This document shows, piece after piece, positions 44,571-58,720 of a DNA stretch of 64,000 nucleotides. The position numbers and the translations under genes were made by a program. How positions within the stretch are numbered: the first letter of the stretch is position 1; each line of letters starts with the position of its first letter. The notes beneath the pieces are model-generated. The model made no database searches and was not told where the DNA came from. It worked only from the letters and a program-made list of their open reading frames with translations. The stretch comes from the human T2T-CHM13v2.0 reference genome, Homo sapiens, in the NCBI RefSeq assembly GCF_009914755.1, contig NC_060927.1; one strand, 5' to 3'.

Positions 44571-44597
44571 GGCTAACTACTAAAAGAAGAGTAAGTA

Positions 44598-45023
<426 letters not shown>

Positions 45024-47374
45024 TCAGTAATTCTCTTAAATATAAATGAACTAGTAAAAGTGAAAGACCCAGGCTGAATTTTTAAAAATAGGTTGCTTAA
45101 ATGAGATATATTTTTACCTATAAGGTCACAAAAAGGTTAGGGAAAGACAGACTAAAGGAAAACACAAATCAAAAGAAAGCTGGTGTAGCTACACTAATTT
45201 CAAACAAAGCAGCTTGAAAAAGCATTACTGGAGATAGAGATGTTTAATAATGAGAAAGCGGTTATTCCACGGGAAAAAAATCAGAACCCTGAATATTTAT
45301 GTACCCAGTAACACAGCTTCATATATATAAAACAAAAACTGAAAAACTAAAAAGGAAAAATAAATAAATCTAGAAACATAGGAAGAAATAAAATTTTACC
45401 CACTTCCAATAAGGTTATGGTTTTTATTACTATCAGCTAAAAGAATTCATAAAACTAATTCATTATCACTAGCCCTAAAATTTAAAATTTTTGTTAAACA
45501 TTTGTAAAAGGTTATAAATATTCTGGGCTTGAATTTTTTTCTAAATAACTATGAAATATCAAAACAAGCCTCAATTATTTTCTTCCTAGCAGCTATCACT
45601 TACTGAAATAATAGACACTGATTTTTATATGTGGATTGGAAGCTTCTTAAGGAGAAGAAACTGTCTTGTTCATGCTGCAACCCCATTACCTAGAACAGTC
45701 TAGGAATAACTGTCACAGCCAACTAACTCTTCCTGCTGCTTACCTCATCCCCTAAAGTTTATTCTCAACATGGCATCCTGGGTTGAACAAAGTCATATCA
45801 CATCACTGTTCAAAATCCTCCTATGACTACATAAAAAGGTCTACCAGAACTCTAAGATCTTAACGGTCACACAGGTCTCTCCAACCTTATCTCCTACTTC
45901 TTTCTCTCTAATCCCCCCACCAGCCTAGCCTCCCTTCTATGATTCAATGGCAGGGCCTTTGCCTTGCTTCTTCTGCCTAGAATGCTTTTTTCATCCACAT
46001 CCATACTGTTCACTCACCATCTTCATGTCTTTATTCATCTGCTGCCTTCTCAAAGAAGTTTTCTCTGGATACTAAAATCACAAACTTCCCAACACCCTGG
46101 TACTCTGATGTATCCCTGCCTGTGTTATTTTTTCCTAGCACTTATCATCTATATATTTTACTTATTTTGCTTATCTGTGTCCTGCTACTGAAATATATGA
46201 GCTGTGGGATTAAAAACTTTTGTCAACTTTGCCCCTGTTATATCTTCAACATGTGGAACAATATCTAGAACGGCACACATTTCACAGTATGGAGACTTTC
46301 AGTCTCCAGTGAAAGCATTACTAAGTTATTTAAAGTAATACTACAAACACAAACAATGATACACACTAAATAATGTACAAATTTTTATACGTAATAAAAG
46401 CAATAAATATTTTATAATATAGTAAAAAATACAAGGATAAAACCAGTACAGTGGAACTTCTATTCTGAAGGCCTTGTGGGGCAAAGGGAACAGAATTCAA
46501 AACCCACATTAGATGCAGTCTAACAGAGGACTCTTCCCACCAAAAGCTGGTATACCAAACAACTATACCCTCGAGGTTAAAGTAAATCATAAGTAAGATC
46601 TTATTTTCCTATAGTCAATTCCTTTCAAGCTCTTCTTGAAAGAGAATAACAGAGAAGTGAATCAAATAGAGTGCTTCATTAAGGTCAACTGCTTGGGTGG
46701 TCCAGACACTCAAGACCTTAAACTCTGTGGGCTCAGACTGGTAGTACTCCCAACCAACAGCCAAACAAAATGCAAAATTTCCCTGGAAGAAGGTGTCTGG
46801 CCTCAAATTATTCCCACAAATAATTTCCCAAAAGGCACCAGGTACAACAGGAAACAAGAAACCATGAGCCAAGAACAGTATAAAAAGAAACAGACAATAG
46901 GAAAAGACCCACTTAAAATCCTAGAGTTATCAGACACGGACTATACAATAACTGAGCAAACTTGACTTTGGGAATTGAAAAATTATAAAAAGTGACATAG
47001 ATTTTTAAAATAACCAAATGCAATTTCTACAAATAAAAATATAGTAACTGAAATTTAAATTCAGTGGGCATGCATAACAGTAGCTTAGACACAACTCAAG
47101 GGATCATTAGTGAATTGAAAGACAAATCAGAAGATACCATTTAGGATACATACAGTAGGTGCTAAAATATTTACTGAATAAACAAAAGAAGAATTAAACA
47201 CAAAAAGCAAATTACAAATTACAACTGTGTTGACATTGGCACTTTTGTTCTTGCTCCAAAGTTTCGAAAAGAGACTGGTATGATTGGGTGCAGAAACTGA
47301 ACAAGATAAGCATATTAAAATATATTGAAGGATAGAAATTATTAAAGTGAGCAGGCTGCAGTGGTTTTCTATAT

Positions 47375-47665
47375 AATGGAGATGGGAAAGAAGGAAAGAA
47401 AATGGAGAAAAGGAAGAGATGGAAATAGAGAAGGAAGAGATGGAAATGAAGTAGGAATAGATGGAAATGGAGGAGGCAGGAGAGGGAGAAGAGATGAAAT
47501 ACAGGAAGAGGAAATGGAGAACAATGGAAGAGATGGAGGGGAAGAGGAGGTGGATGGAGGAAGCGATAAAAGGAAAAAGAGGAGGGAGAGACTGGAGGAA
47601 GAAAGGAGTACAAGAAGGGAGAAGGGGACAAACAGGCAGAAAGAGAAGAGAAGGAAAAAGAAGAC
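47375..47665. repeat. GA-rich low-complexity tract with degenerate gaagagatggaaat units
   Basis: Direct reading. Confidence 0.9.
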
Positions 47666-47744
47666 CAAGTAAGATAAGGTTTTACTTTTTGTTGCCTTCA
47701 AGTAACACTTGGAAACTGTCCCTAGCAAGCACTGAGACACTATA

Positions 47745-48410
<666 letters not shown>

Positions 48411-48470
48411 TATTAATCACACCTTGTCCTTTTTTTTTCTTTTTCTCACTTCGGCAAAGACATGTATTGA

Positions 48471-48974
<504 letters not shown>

Positions 48975-49329
48975 TAAGAAGAACCCCCAACACTATAAAT
49001 TTTCATGCACAAAATATGCTCTGATTCACATTAAGTAGTTTCTTATACCAAAGTTCCTCTCTTCCCTTGAAGCTGTATCCTTCCTTGTTCTAATTAAAAC
49101 AATGAACAACAAGACTTGGGATTTCTGAGCTGTTTTACACTTTTGCATATCCAGCAGTGACTATGGTTATATCTAACAGCTAAATTACAAACTGAGATTA
49201 GGAAACATTAATCCCTATAAACTATTATACCACAGATACCTTGGAAAACTCAAATTTTAGCTGTCTACACTTCCCACACTGTGCTTTTACAACGGGAAGC
49301 TCTCCTTGGCTTTTCTCTAATCTCACAGG

Positions 49330-49900
49330 TCCCTCTAGCTAAGTCTCTTCTGTTGGCTGTTCTTTCTCTACCCAACAATTAAATGTTGAATATTCTCCTT
49401 CTCTCCAGACTATACACTCTCTAAATGACCTCATTCATTCTCAACGGTTTTAAATACCTTCTATATGCTGACAACTCTCAAATGTTTGTCTCTAGCCTAG
49501 ACCATCTCTGAGTTCCAGACCTATATATCCAATTGCCTACTAGGTATCTCCCCCATGGGTATCTCCAAGCCACTCTAATTTCATATAGACACATAAAACC
49601 AACATCATCCAAAACTGATCTCCCTAAGTCCTCCCCAATCCCAGTAAATAACGTCACCATCTACTCAGCTGCTCAGGCTCATAATGTGCTCAAGTTTTCC
49701 TTTGACCCACAGAGATCGTCTACCAACAGTTCTTGTGCTTAAATCCACTGTTTCTCTTTACCTCTGCTGCCACTCCTAATCTAAGGCCAGACCAGTATTG
49801 TCTCTGCCTATACTACTACCAGAGCCTCTTAACTGGTCTCCTTGCTTCTATTTTTGACTTCTTTCCAAACCACAAAGTAGACAATATAATCCTCTAAAAA
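49330..49900 (+). mobile_element. L2 fragment
   Basis: ctatatgctgacaactctcaaat...ctgagttccagacc L2 hallmark. Confidence 0.7.
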
Positions 49901-52900
49901 ATAATTTGGATCAACAGCTGCCAAAAACACTAAATGAAAGGCTGAGGGGGAACTGTATAAAGGACAGATCAGGCTGATAACACCTAAACCCACTGCTCAA
50001 TATTAGGATCACAAAGAAAGACAATCAGACAGTGTATGCCTTCTGACAGAAATCCAAAATACCACACATGAAAATATGTACCAACCCCACTCTAATAAAT
50101 TAGACTTGATTCTGATCAAGCCATTAGAAAAATTTTCAATTTTGAGGAAATACAGGAGATAAACATTAAAAAGCAGAAATATAAAAGCACCACACAACAC
50201 AATAAAAAAATCTAGTGTGCAGGAAGAATATTTAACAGATGTTTTTTTCTTCACTAAATAAATGGCAAGAGGAGAAAAAAGTGAGATAAATCCTATAGAT
50301 GAATAGAGCCTTAAGAGGTATATCAACCAATTGCAATGGTGAACTTTCTTCAAATACTGATTCAAAACAAACTGTAAAAAGATATTTATAAAACAATTGA
50401 GAAAATGTGAACACATTATTTGACACTAAGGGTTAAACTTTTAGGTGTGACAATGGTATTGTAACTGTCTTTCTAAAAGACACTTTATTTGATATACATG
50501 ATGAGTACCATGTGCACATACACACACATCTTAGTCCAGCAGGATAGCAGGGCTGGGAAAAGATGGGGTAGGGATCTAGATGAATAAATACTAGTCATGT
50601 ATTGATAATTTCTTGAAACTGGATGATAAGTAGTAATGGAAATTCATTATAATACTATTTCTGGGTATGTCTGAAATGCTTCATTAAAAAATTATAATAA
50701 TTTTAATCACTTTACTCCCTTGCTTAAAATCCTGCACTGGAATCCCAATAAAATAACTCAAAAGGGTAAAGAAAATAAGACGAGGGTGGAATACGTGAAA
50801 TCAGCATCTAAAAAATCACAATGAATTCTTAAAAGATGCAAAAAAAGAAGGCACATTCCCTTTGCTCTGAACTGTCAAAAAAAAAAAAAAAGAACGAACA
50901 GCTACTGAAGAATAACACCGTTAACACCACAGTAAAGCCACAACTTGTGATTCTCAGAAGCTAAAACAGCAGAGAATTTATCTACCTTGCAGAATAACAG
51001 AGAAGTGACTATTTCTAAGCCAGAAAGTACAGGGATGAGCACAAGGAGCAACTGAAAATCTACGGAATCGTTTTATCAAACTCTTTCCCATCCCTGATTC
51101 AGGGAACACAACATTTTACACACAAATGTGCACATGAGTGCACACACACACAGGATTTTGTGGAAATGGAACCACGGAAAAAGGAAAAAGCAAGTTCTTG
51201 GACACATTTAAACTTTTGTTTGTCAAAGTTAAAATTTAATAGAAGGATTGGGTGAGAAAGTCAAGGATATCTCCCAGAATATAGAATAAGAGAAAGACAT
51301 AAAACTTGAAAGCGAAGACAAAACATAAAAGACAGAGGATCAACCCAGGAAGTTCAATATCTGAATAACAATTAGGTAAGAAAAGACTAAACTAATAAAG
51401 GGGAAAAGCTTACGAAAAAATAATAGGAGAAAACTTCCCAGAGCTAAAGAAAATCACAAGCTTTCAGAAGTAAAAGAATCAAATAGTAAAAATTTAAAAC
51501 ATCTTCAATTTAAACTAAAATGAAAAAATTTAGTAAAATTATTAGAAATTGAAAATTCAAGGACTTCAAAAATAAGACAACTGGCTATATTTTAATATTC
51601 ACATGCAGATGCAGTATTCTCAGCAGCACAACCTTAGTTAACTATTTTATTTATAAGAAATAAAGTCAGTTCTATACAAAGTTTAATAGAGGCCATGATA
51701 ATTGATAAAGTATCTTGAAATTTCTAGGTAGATATAACTGACTAGTTAAAAATATATTTGAAGACTTTTGCCCTTTTATTTAAAGGGGTCCCTTAAAAAT
51801 TCAAGACTTTGAACAGTCCAATGAAGTAACGGGACAATCACAATTTAAACCATTATTTGGTATTAATGAAATTAAATAACACATGCCATAATAGCCATAA
51901 CAGCAAACTAAATAATAAATGAGGCTCAGAATCAGGTTTATTTAGAACCTTTACAAAATTTAGTCATTTCAACTACTTAAATTTTCAAGACAGTTTAGCC
52001 TACTGCAGCTTTAAGAACATCAATTGTACTATTCTATATGTACAAAGAAAACATGTAAACCTTTTCTTGAAGATTCAAGTTTATTAGCAACATCAGGTTT
52101 GAGGATATGTTACTATTGGTGCCCAACCCCCTGCACCCGTTAAATGAGACTGCCTTAGAAGGACACTATTTATTCAAAGGTACAGTATATTCACTTAGAT
52201 GCCCTTAACACAGACCTAAAACACAGGATGGTTGTACAACACCTTCAATGGCTACAGCAGGAAGGTACCATAGGGTGGCTTTATTTTAGTCATTGTCTAT
52301 TTTCAATCTTAGTGCCTGCTACTTACTGCCTGTATTACTGCTAATGCCCAATCTTCTGTCTCTTGTAATTTACTTTTTCACCTTATAGACTTCTTTTCCC
52401 TCTATCAATGTCCCTACAAGAAAAGTTAGCCTTCTTGCCAGTAAGTCAAATGGTTGCTTTCTTTCATTAATTTAAATTACCTGATCCCAGTGTATCACAA
52501 AGAATATTCAATAGCATGGAAGAAGAGAGATCTATTTAGTACTAATTTATTGCTATTGTTCTATAAACAATTGTAAATCAAGTTTTATATATATATACAC
52601 ACATACCAAGTTATATATTAGTTTGGTGTAGTCCCAGAAGGCTGGTCTCTAGAAAGCCATGGTTATATCATCACTTTTATATATATTTTTAAAGACTCAT
52701 TTTTGGAATAATAGACTGTGCTGAAATGTTAAAAGTTTAGAAAGAATCTATTTACAACAAAACCTTATTTCTTTCCAGCCACTCTGCAGCATAACAACAA
52801 AAGGCCAAATTCCTCTTGCCCGCTTTTTGAGGCAGACTGCAGGGCTCAGCACCACATAATAATCCTACAGGTTTTTAACTCTATCTGGTTTGATTGCCCA

Positions 52901-55819
52901 GAGCTACTGCATGATTATCTGACTACTTGATTTAATACTCATGGGTAAGGGTGAGGACAACTAAATTGAAAAGCCCCCCAAACCCACCCTCAATTCATAA
53001 GTGAAAGCCATTATAGTGCTTCACAAACCCAAGTTTGCCTAGAAATAAAACTGCTAATGAAATCTTTCACATGGTCTTGAAGTTAAGCTTACATAACATA
53101 TTCAATAGATAATAGATTAATAACTGGAATATATAAAAAGCAAGTATAAATAAACAACCACAAAAAGGTCAAACAACCAAAAAGTTGGCTACAATGCTGA
53201 AAGGCATCTACAGAGAAGGAAATATAAATAACCAAACACATGAAGGTGATCAATCTTATCAGAAAGCATAGATGTTTATAAAGGGTGAGATATTTTTCAA
53301 CCATCTGATAGACAAATTTTAATAATAACCAGAACTGAAAAGAATGTAGGACAGCAGACACTACTGGTGGGAGTGTATGTGGTAAAGCCTCTTTTGGAGC
53401 AAATTAGCTATACCTAACACAATTCTAAAATAAATGAAAACTTTGATTCAGAAATTCCACGTCCAGACTATTTTAAGAAATATATCTGTGTGTATATACA
53501 CAAACACATGTAGTTTGTACAAAGGTGCTTATTTCAGAACCATTTAGAAAAATTATATATAGTAAACAAATTTCTATAGAAGACAAAATGGTTATGATAT
53601 GTCCATATTATAGAATACTATGCAACCGTTTTAAAAAATGATGCGAAATAACACATGATAGTATTTTTTTAAAAAGCTCCATCCCATACTGAGTAAACAC
53701 AGCAAATGGCAAAATTACATTCAGAATGGTATCATTTACGTAAACACAGTCAAAGCAAAACCATATACTTTGATATTTAGTATGTATGTAAAGGCACAGT
53801 AACAGGTAGAAAAAGACATGCTACGTATTAATAAAAGTGTTCTCCTCTGTTTACACCTGGGCTCGGGGCTTGAAGGTGGTTTTGAAGGGATTTTTGCTTT
53901 ACCTTCATTGTTTGAATTTTGAAAGGGAAATGACATTTGTATATTCGTAAATAAACAAAGTTTGTAAGTTCGTAAATAAACAAAAAACATCAGGTAGGGG
54001 CAGTATAATCCATTTGTTTTATATGTTCATGTTTTATATGTTTACATGATTCTGGTATAGTGTATGTGCACTGGATGTGACAAAGACTAATACGCAGGAG
54101 TATATATCAAACTGTTAAGAACTATATAAATCCCAAGACAGCCTATCACTATATACATATCTTTATTGTTTAAATTTTTTATAAAGGTATATATTTTTGA
54201 AGAAGAGAATTAGCTGAAATGTTACCCTCTGATCTTTGTCAGAGGTTGTTACTTTTTTAAAAATAATTAATATATTCCTCAACAGTCCAAATGTTATGTA
54301 TTATTTGAAAAAAGAAAAACTAAGTAAATATAAAACTATAACCATTGAACCTAAAATGTTTAAGAAATAAAATAAAATCTGGATATGGCCCACACCAAAT
54401 GCAACATTTAGGGTTATCTACAAATTAGGTTTGGTTTTTTTTTTTTAAAAAGGAAGAAACTTGGCAATGCCCTTAAGTATATGAGAACTTATTTGTTAAT
54501 CCTGCTTTTGTCTTAAAAATTGGTAGTTGAAAAATTATTTTCTCATTTATTTCCATAAGATCATATAAAATAGTTACATAAATTCTTGGAATAAATCATA
54601 ACGATATGCCAAACCAAATTTTCTATCAGATTTCCATTTAAATGTACATAATAGTTCAAATGACTGTCTACCAACACCATCATTTTGATATATTTGTATC
54701 CTATCTCTCATAGCCCCTAGGGGAATTACTTCTTAGAAGAGTTCACTACATACATAGTCAAAGGAAGGCTGAAACTGTTAAGAGTTAAAACCTCCATATA
54801 TGGACCAGTCTTCCTTAAGAACCTGGCAAAAAAACACTCAAAACATTTTTGAGGAACCTCAGGTTTCCCTTCATACATATCTGTGATGTTGATGTGATTA
54901 TAAAGTATATCTCTAGGCCTCGTAACAAAAAAAGGTGTAATGAAAAAAGAAAAAAAGCTCAAGTATTAAGTGTTATAATGGAAAATACCAAACGCACATT
55001 TGGGACCCTAGATTTGGTACTGGTTTGCTTTCTGTGCCTGGATCTGGGACATATTGTCTCAGCAGGTCTCAGTTTCCCAATCTGTAAGATGGAAATACCA
55101 AAACACTCTGAACACTTCACAGAGTTGTTCACACCTGAGGAGTTAATATATATTAAGTATACAAAAGTGCTTTGGAGAACTATAATGCCTAATAAGGCAT
55201 TATAGAAATAATGTGTTTTTAAAATTATCCTTACCAAACTAAAACACTGGCAAAATCAATTTTTAATCAAATTATACCCTGTGCATAATCTTAAAAGGCT
55301 AAATATTTTCTAGAAAAATGTTGGGACACTGACAATTAACAATCATATGAATTAAAATAATGCCCATGGCAAGCCATTTTGCTTCTTTAAATATTTTATT
55401 TCCACAGAATTCTACTTGTGTCAAATACAACAGGAAGGATATCAAGCTAGCTAGTCAAATCTTCCTGCTAAAATCTGTCATTCCTCCAAAGGCAATGTTC
55501 TTCCTCTAAGCTTCTGCACATATTCCACGTTTCTTCCAATATCCCTTCATATCTACCACCAAGACTGAAGCTTGCTTGGGTTGCAAGGTAAATTGTCACC
55601 TCATGCTTGCCAGATCCCACACAGACACATCAAGTGAAAAAAGATGTCAAATGACATGCACACACATGCATAAATGTACACACAAGTGTACACACATGCA
55701 TAAACACACAAGTGTCCTTCATTCTTTAGGGAGAAATATATTTCTTACACAGCAAATGATCGTCACCTTAAAAGGAAGTGTATAACACAAGCAAAAGAAG
55801 AAAAATAAATCTTACTCAC

Positions 55820-55835
55820 CATCTCCCATAGCCAT
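55820..55835 (-). CDS. CLASP2: Coding part of the alternative first exon of CLASP2-gamma: MAMGD(D)
   Basis: ATG GCT ATG GGA GAT G|gtgagt; joining to 41758 gives MAMGDDKSFDDEESVDG, the recalled gamma N-terminus; GC-richer leader upstream. Confidence 0.93.
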
Positions 55836-56660
55836 TAGATGGTCCAGGGAGCTCTCTGAAACCAAGAGGTCAAATAGCACAGCAAATAAGTACAGCTCAG
55901 TGCCTGCGCCACTGGGCTCGGCCTGCAGCCTGCAGACACCCGGAGCACTGTGTGACCCAGGCCTCGCTGCAGCTCTGCACCGCAATAGCCAACAGCTGCT
56001 ACTCCACTTCAAAATAAAAGTCTGGGGTCTTGCTGAAAACCCTCGTTTATTTAGCACAGCCTAGAAGGACTTGATTAAGATTACTCTTTAGCTGCACATA
56101 TGCTGTTGGATACAGGTTATGATGTTTCTCCTTGTACTGGCTGCCTGAAATTTAATCTAAGAAAAGCTCTGAGAGCCAATAAATGCCATCCCGCTGGGGG
56201 ACTTTTAATGCAATCATCAAAACACAAGGCATGTGTTCAGCAATCATTTTCTGCTTCCCTAAAGATATCCATGTAATCAGTAGCAATCACATGATCTGAT
56301 GGATTAACTGATTTGCGCCTTTTTAAAAAGGTTTTCATCCTTTTGTCGTTACCTTTTAATATTTACAACAGAAGATTGCTAGAAGTGCATAAACAGGAAT
56401 AGCCCAGTTTCCATGATTAACTGCTCTCATTATGCAGGAAGCATTTCTGGCTGCCGTAAACAAATCACGTCAAAGGCAGCCCATCAAAGGCTGCTCTGTG
56501 CGCGGACAGCAGGGCCACACGGAACAAAGCTTACTTCTGGTGGAGACAGAACCTAGCCAATGCGCAGCTGCAGGGGCGCAGAGCACCCTCTATCCAAGCT
56601 GACAACCATCAGCACATTGTCAAGCTCTGAAGGCAGGCCCTGGAGCTCATGATCACAAAC
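55836..56660 (-). promoter_or_regulatory. Candidate 5'UTR and internal promoter for CLASP2-gamma
   Basis: Locally raised GC/CpG (55900-55990, 56440-56650) in an AT-rich intron; CCAAT motifs near 56175 and 56557; CRE half-site ACGTCA near 56467. Confidence 0.55.
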
Positions 56661-58159
56661 AGATACATTTTAAAAATCAACCAAAGAAAAGAGCTGCTTT
56701 GCTTTTCACCAAAGGGTATGTTATAAAAATATACAAAACTAGACTGGAAGTTATCTTATTGACTCATAGAAGCCAAATATTAAGGTAATTTCAAAGCCTC
56801 ATTTCCAGGTTTTATTTTATTGCCAGCCTCCAAGAACAATTCTTTTCCTAGCAACTGTTTCAAACAGAGAAGCCAGAAAATACTTTACTAATGATTGCAT
56901 GGCCAAGACTGCATTAGGTCCTAAACACACACTCGACAAATAAGAATTATGCATAGTTTTTTTCACAGTGAAAGAGAAAAGGATTTGCAATTACAGCCAC
57001 CAACACTGTTAGTGTTTACATCCTTGGTTTGTGCAGGAGACTGTCTAGAAAGCTCCATAACGACACCAGCGCCTGCCATAATCGCAGGGGGTCTCCAACT
57101 TTCAGTCTTTTCTTTCCTACAGGGCTGGTGTTCCCTCCTTCTAGTCACGATCTGACAGATTTTAAATCCAGTTTTCTTCTAACAGCAGAGCTAATTCTAC
57201 TGCATTTAGGGACTCTGCCTAACTTACTTTTACAATATAACAAGTTGAGTTCAAAAAACCATCAAATACTCTATAACTCACTTAATGACTGTTCAGATGA
57301 CAACTTTTAGCTATAAAAAAGTTATATCACCTTTACAACAAATCCTTTGGTTTCTTGTATTTAGTAAAATGATTTTTTTCATCACGAAACACTCTAAATC
57401 AATATGCTGTAAGATGTATGATGTGTCATTATTATGGTTTCAGGCAAAGACACACCAAAAAATTTTGTTTACCATAATAGTTTCTGGTCACAGAATATCA
57501 GGTGGAACAAATTTGAATTGCGTGCCATTTTTGGACAGACCCAAAACAATTTATTTTGCATAAATGCACCAAGTGAGGGAGAGAAAAGGTAGTATCTTCA
57601 ACAGCTCTTTGTGTGCATGAACTATTTCCACAAGATTTCATGCCGAGCCTTTACTCTGTCCTAAAATGTTTTCCTGTTTCTATCACTTTATTTACAGTTT
57701 TAGTTTTAGTTTTAGTGTGCAATAAAAATGAATCAACAAAGGCCTGAAAATTTTGTGGGGAAAAATTGTGCAGAAATAAAGAAGAAGTTGAATTAAACTC
57801 CATGATATTACTTCATGTACAATTTCCCTTCAAATTGTTACTTATAAAAATTTGTTTTCAGTATTCAATTGATATATTTTTCTACCTGGGAAAACTACTC
57901 AAGTATCATGGGCTGGGATGAAACACACCGTAATTTTTCTCATTAACACTGGTGAAAATAATTTTTTCATCTAATGGTCTTTCACTTGGCAGCAGGGTAT
58001 TTAGGAATAATTTAAACTCATTAAACAAGGAGTAGTTATATTTCCTCCATTACCAACTGTAACCACATTGTATATCCATTTATTTACTTGTTTATGATCT
58101 ATCTCCATCACTAGATTATAGGCTCCTTAAGGGGAGAAATTTCATTATCTTCTTCCTGT

Positions 58160-58720
58160 TGTGACATGATCTAATTTACATTTTAAGAAGATCCCTATGA
58201 TTTCTGAGTAGCAAATGGATTCCTGGGGGCAAACATGGAACAGAAGTCTACAGAAGTAGTCCAGGCAAAAGCTAAAGGAGATTTAGAGAGGATATTAGCA
58301 GTGGAGATGGAAAAAATAAGCAAATTTGGGATATGTTAGTATTTCAGAAGTAGAAATGTTTGATCAGTTAGAATAGGAAATCAAGTCAGGTTTCTAGCTT
58401 GAGCTGATGATGGTGCCACTGACTAAAATGGCTAAGACTGGAGAAGGAACAGATCTGAGAGGCAAGAAAAGATAACAGGGTTTCATTTTTGGACATAGGA
58501 AGCTTGAAATGCCTATTAGGCAGCCAAATGGGAACGTCATCAAGGCCACAGGCTAACAAGTCTAGACCTAACCCAAAGGAGAGATGAATGATGGCTAGAC
58601 CTACATACTGGGAATCATTAGCAAAGAGTTATCATTTAAAGCCTTTGAGTGGGGTTGGATCACTAAGAAAGAGAGAATAAAAACAGGGAAGAGGAGGCCT
58701 GGGCCCTGGGATTTTCCAAC
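58160..58720 (-). mobile_element. L2 fragment
   Basis: gatggtgccactgactaaaatgg...ttttggacat...tgaaatgcctattag. Confidence 0.65.

Noticed and set aside
52843-52860. REST/RE1-like TCAGCACCAC (and CGGACAGC near 56503)
   Set aside because: Isolated half-sites only; the partner halves are missing
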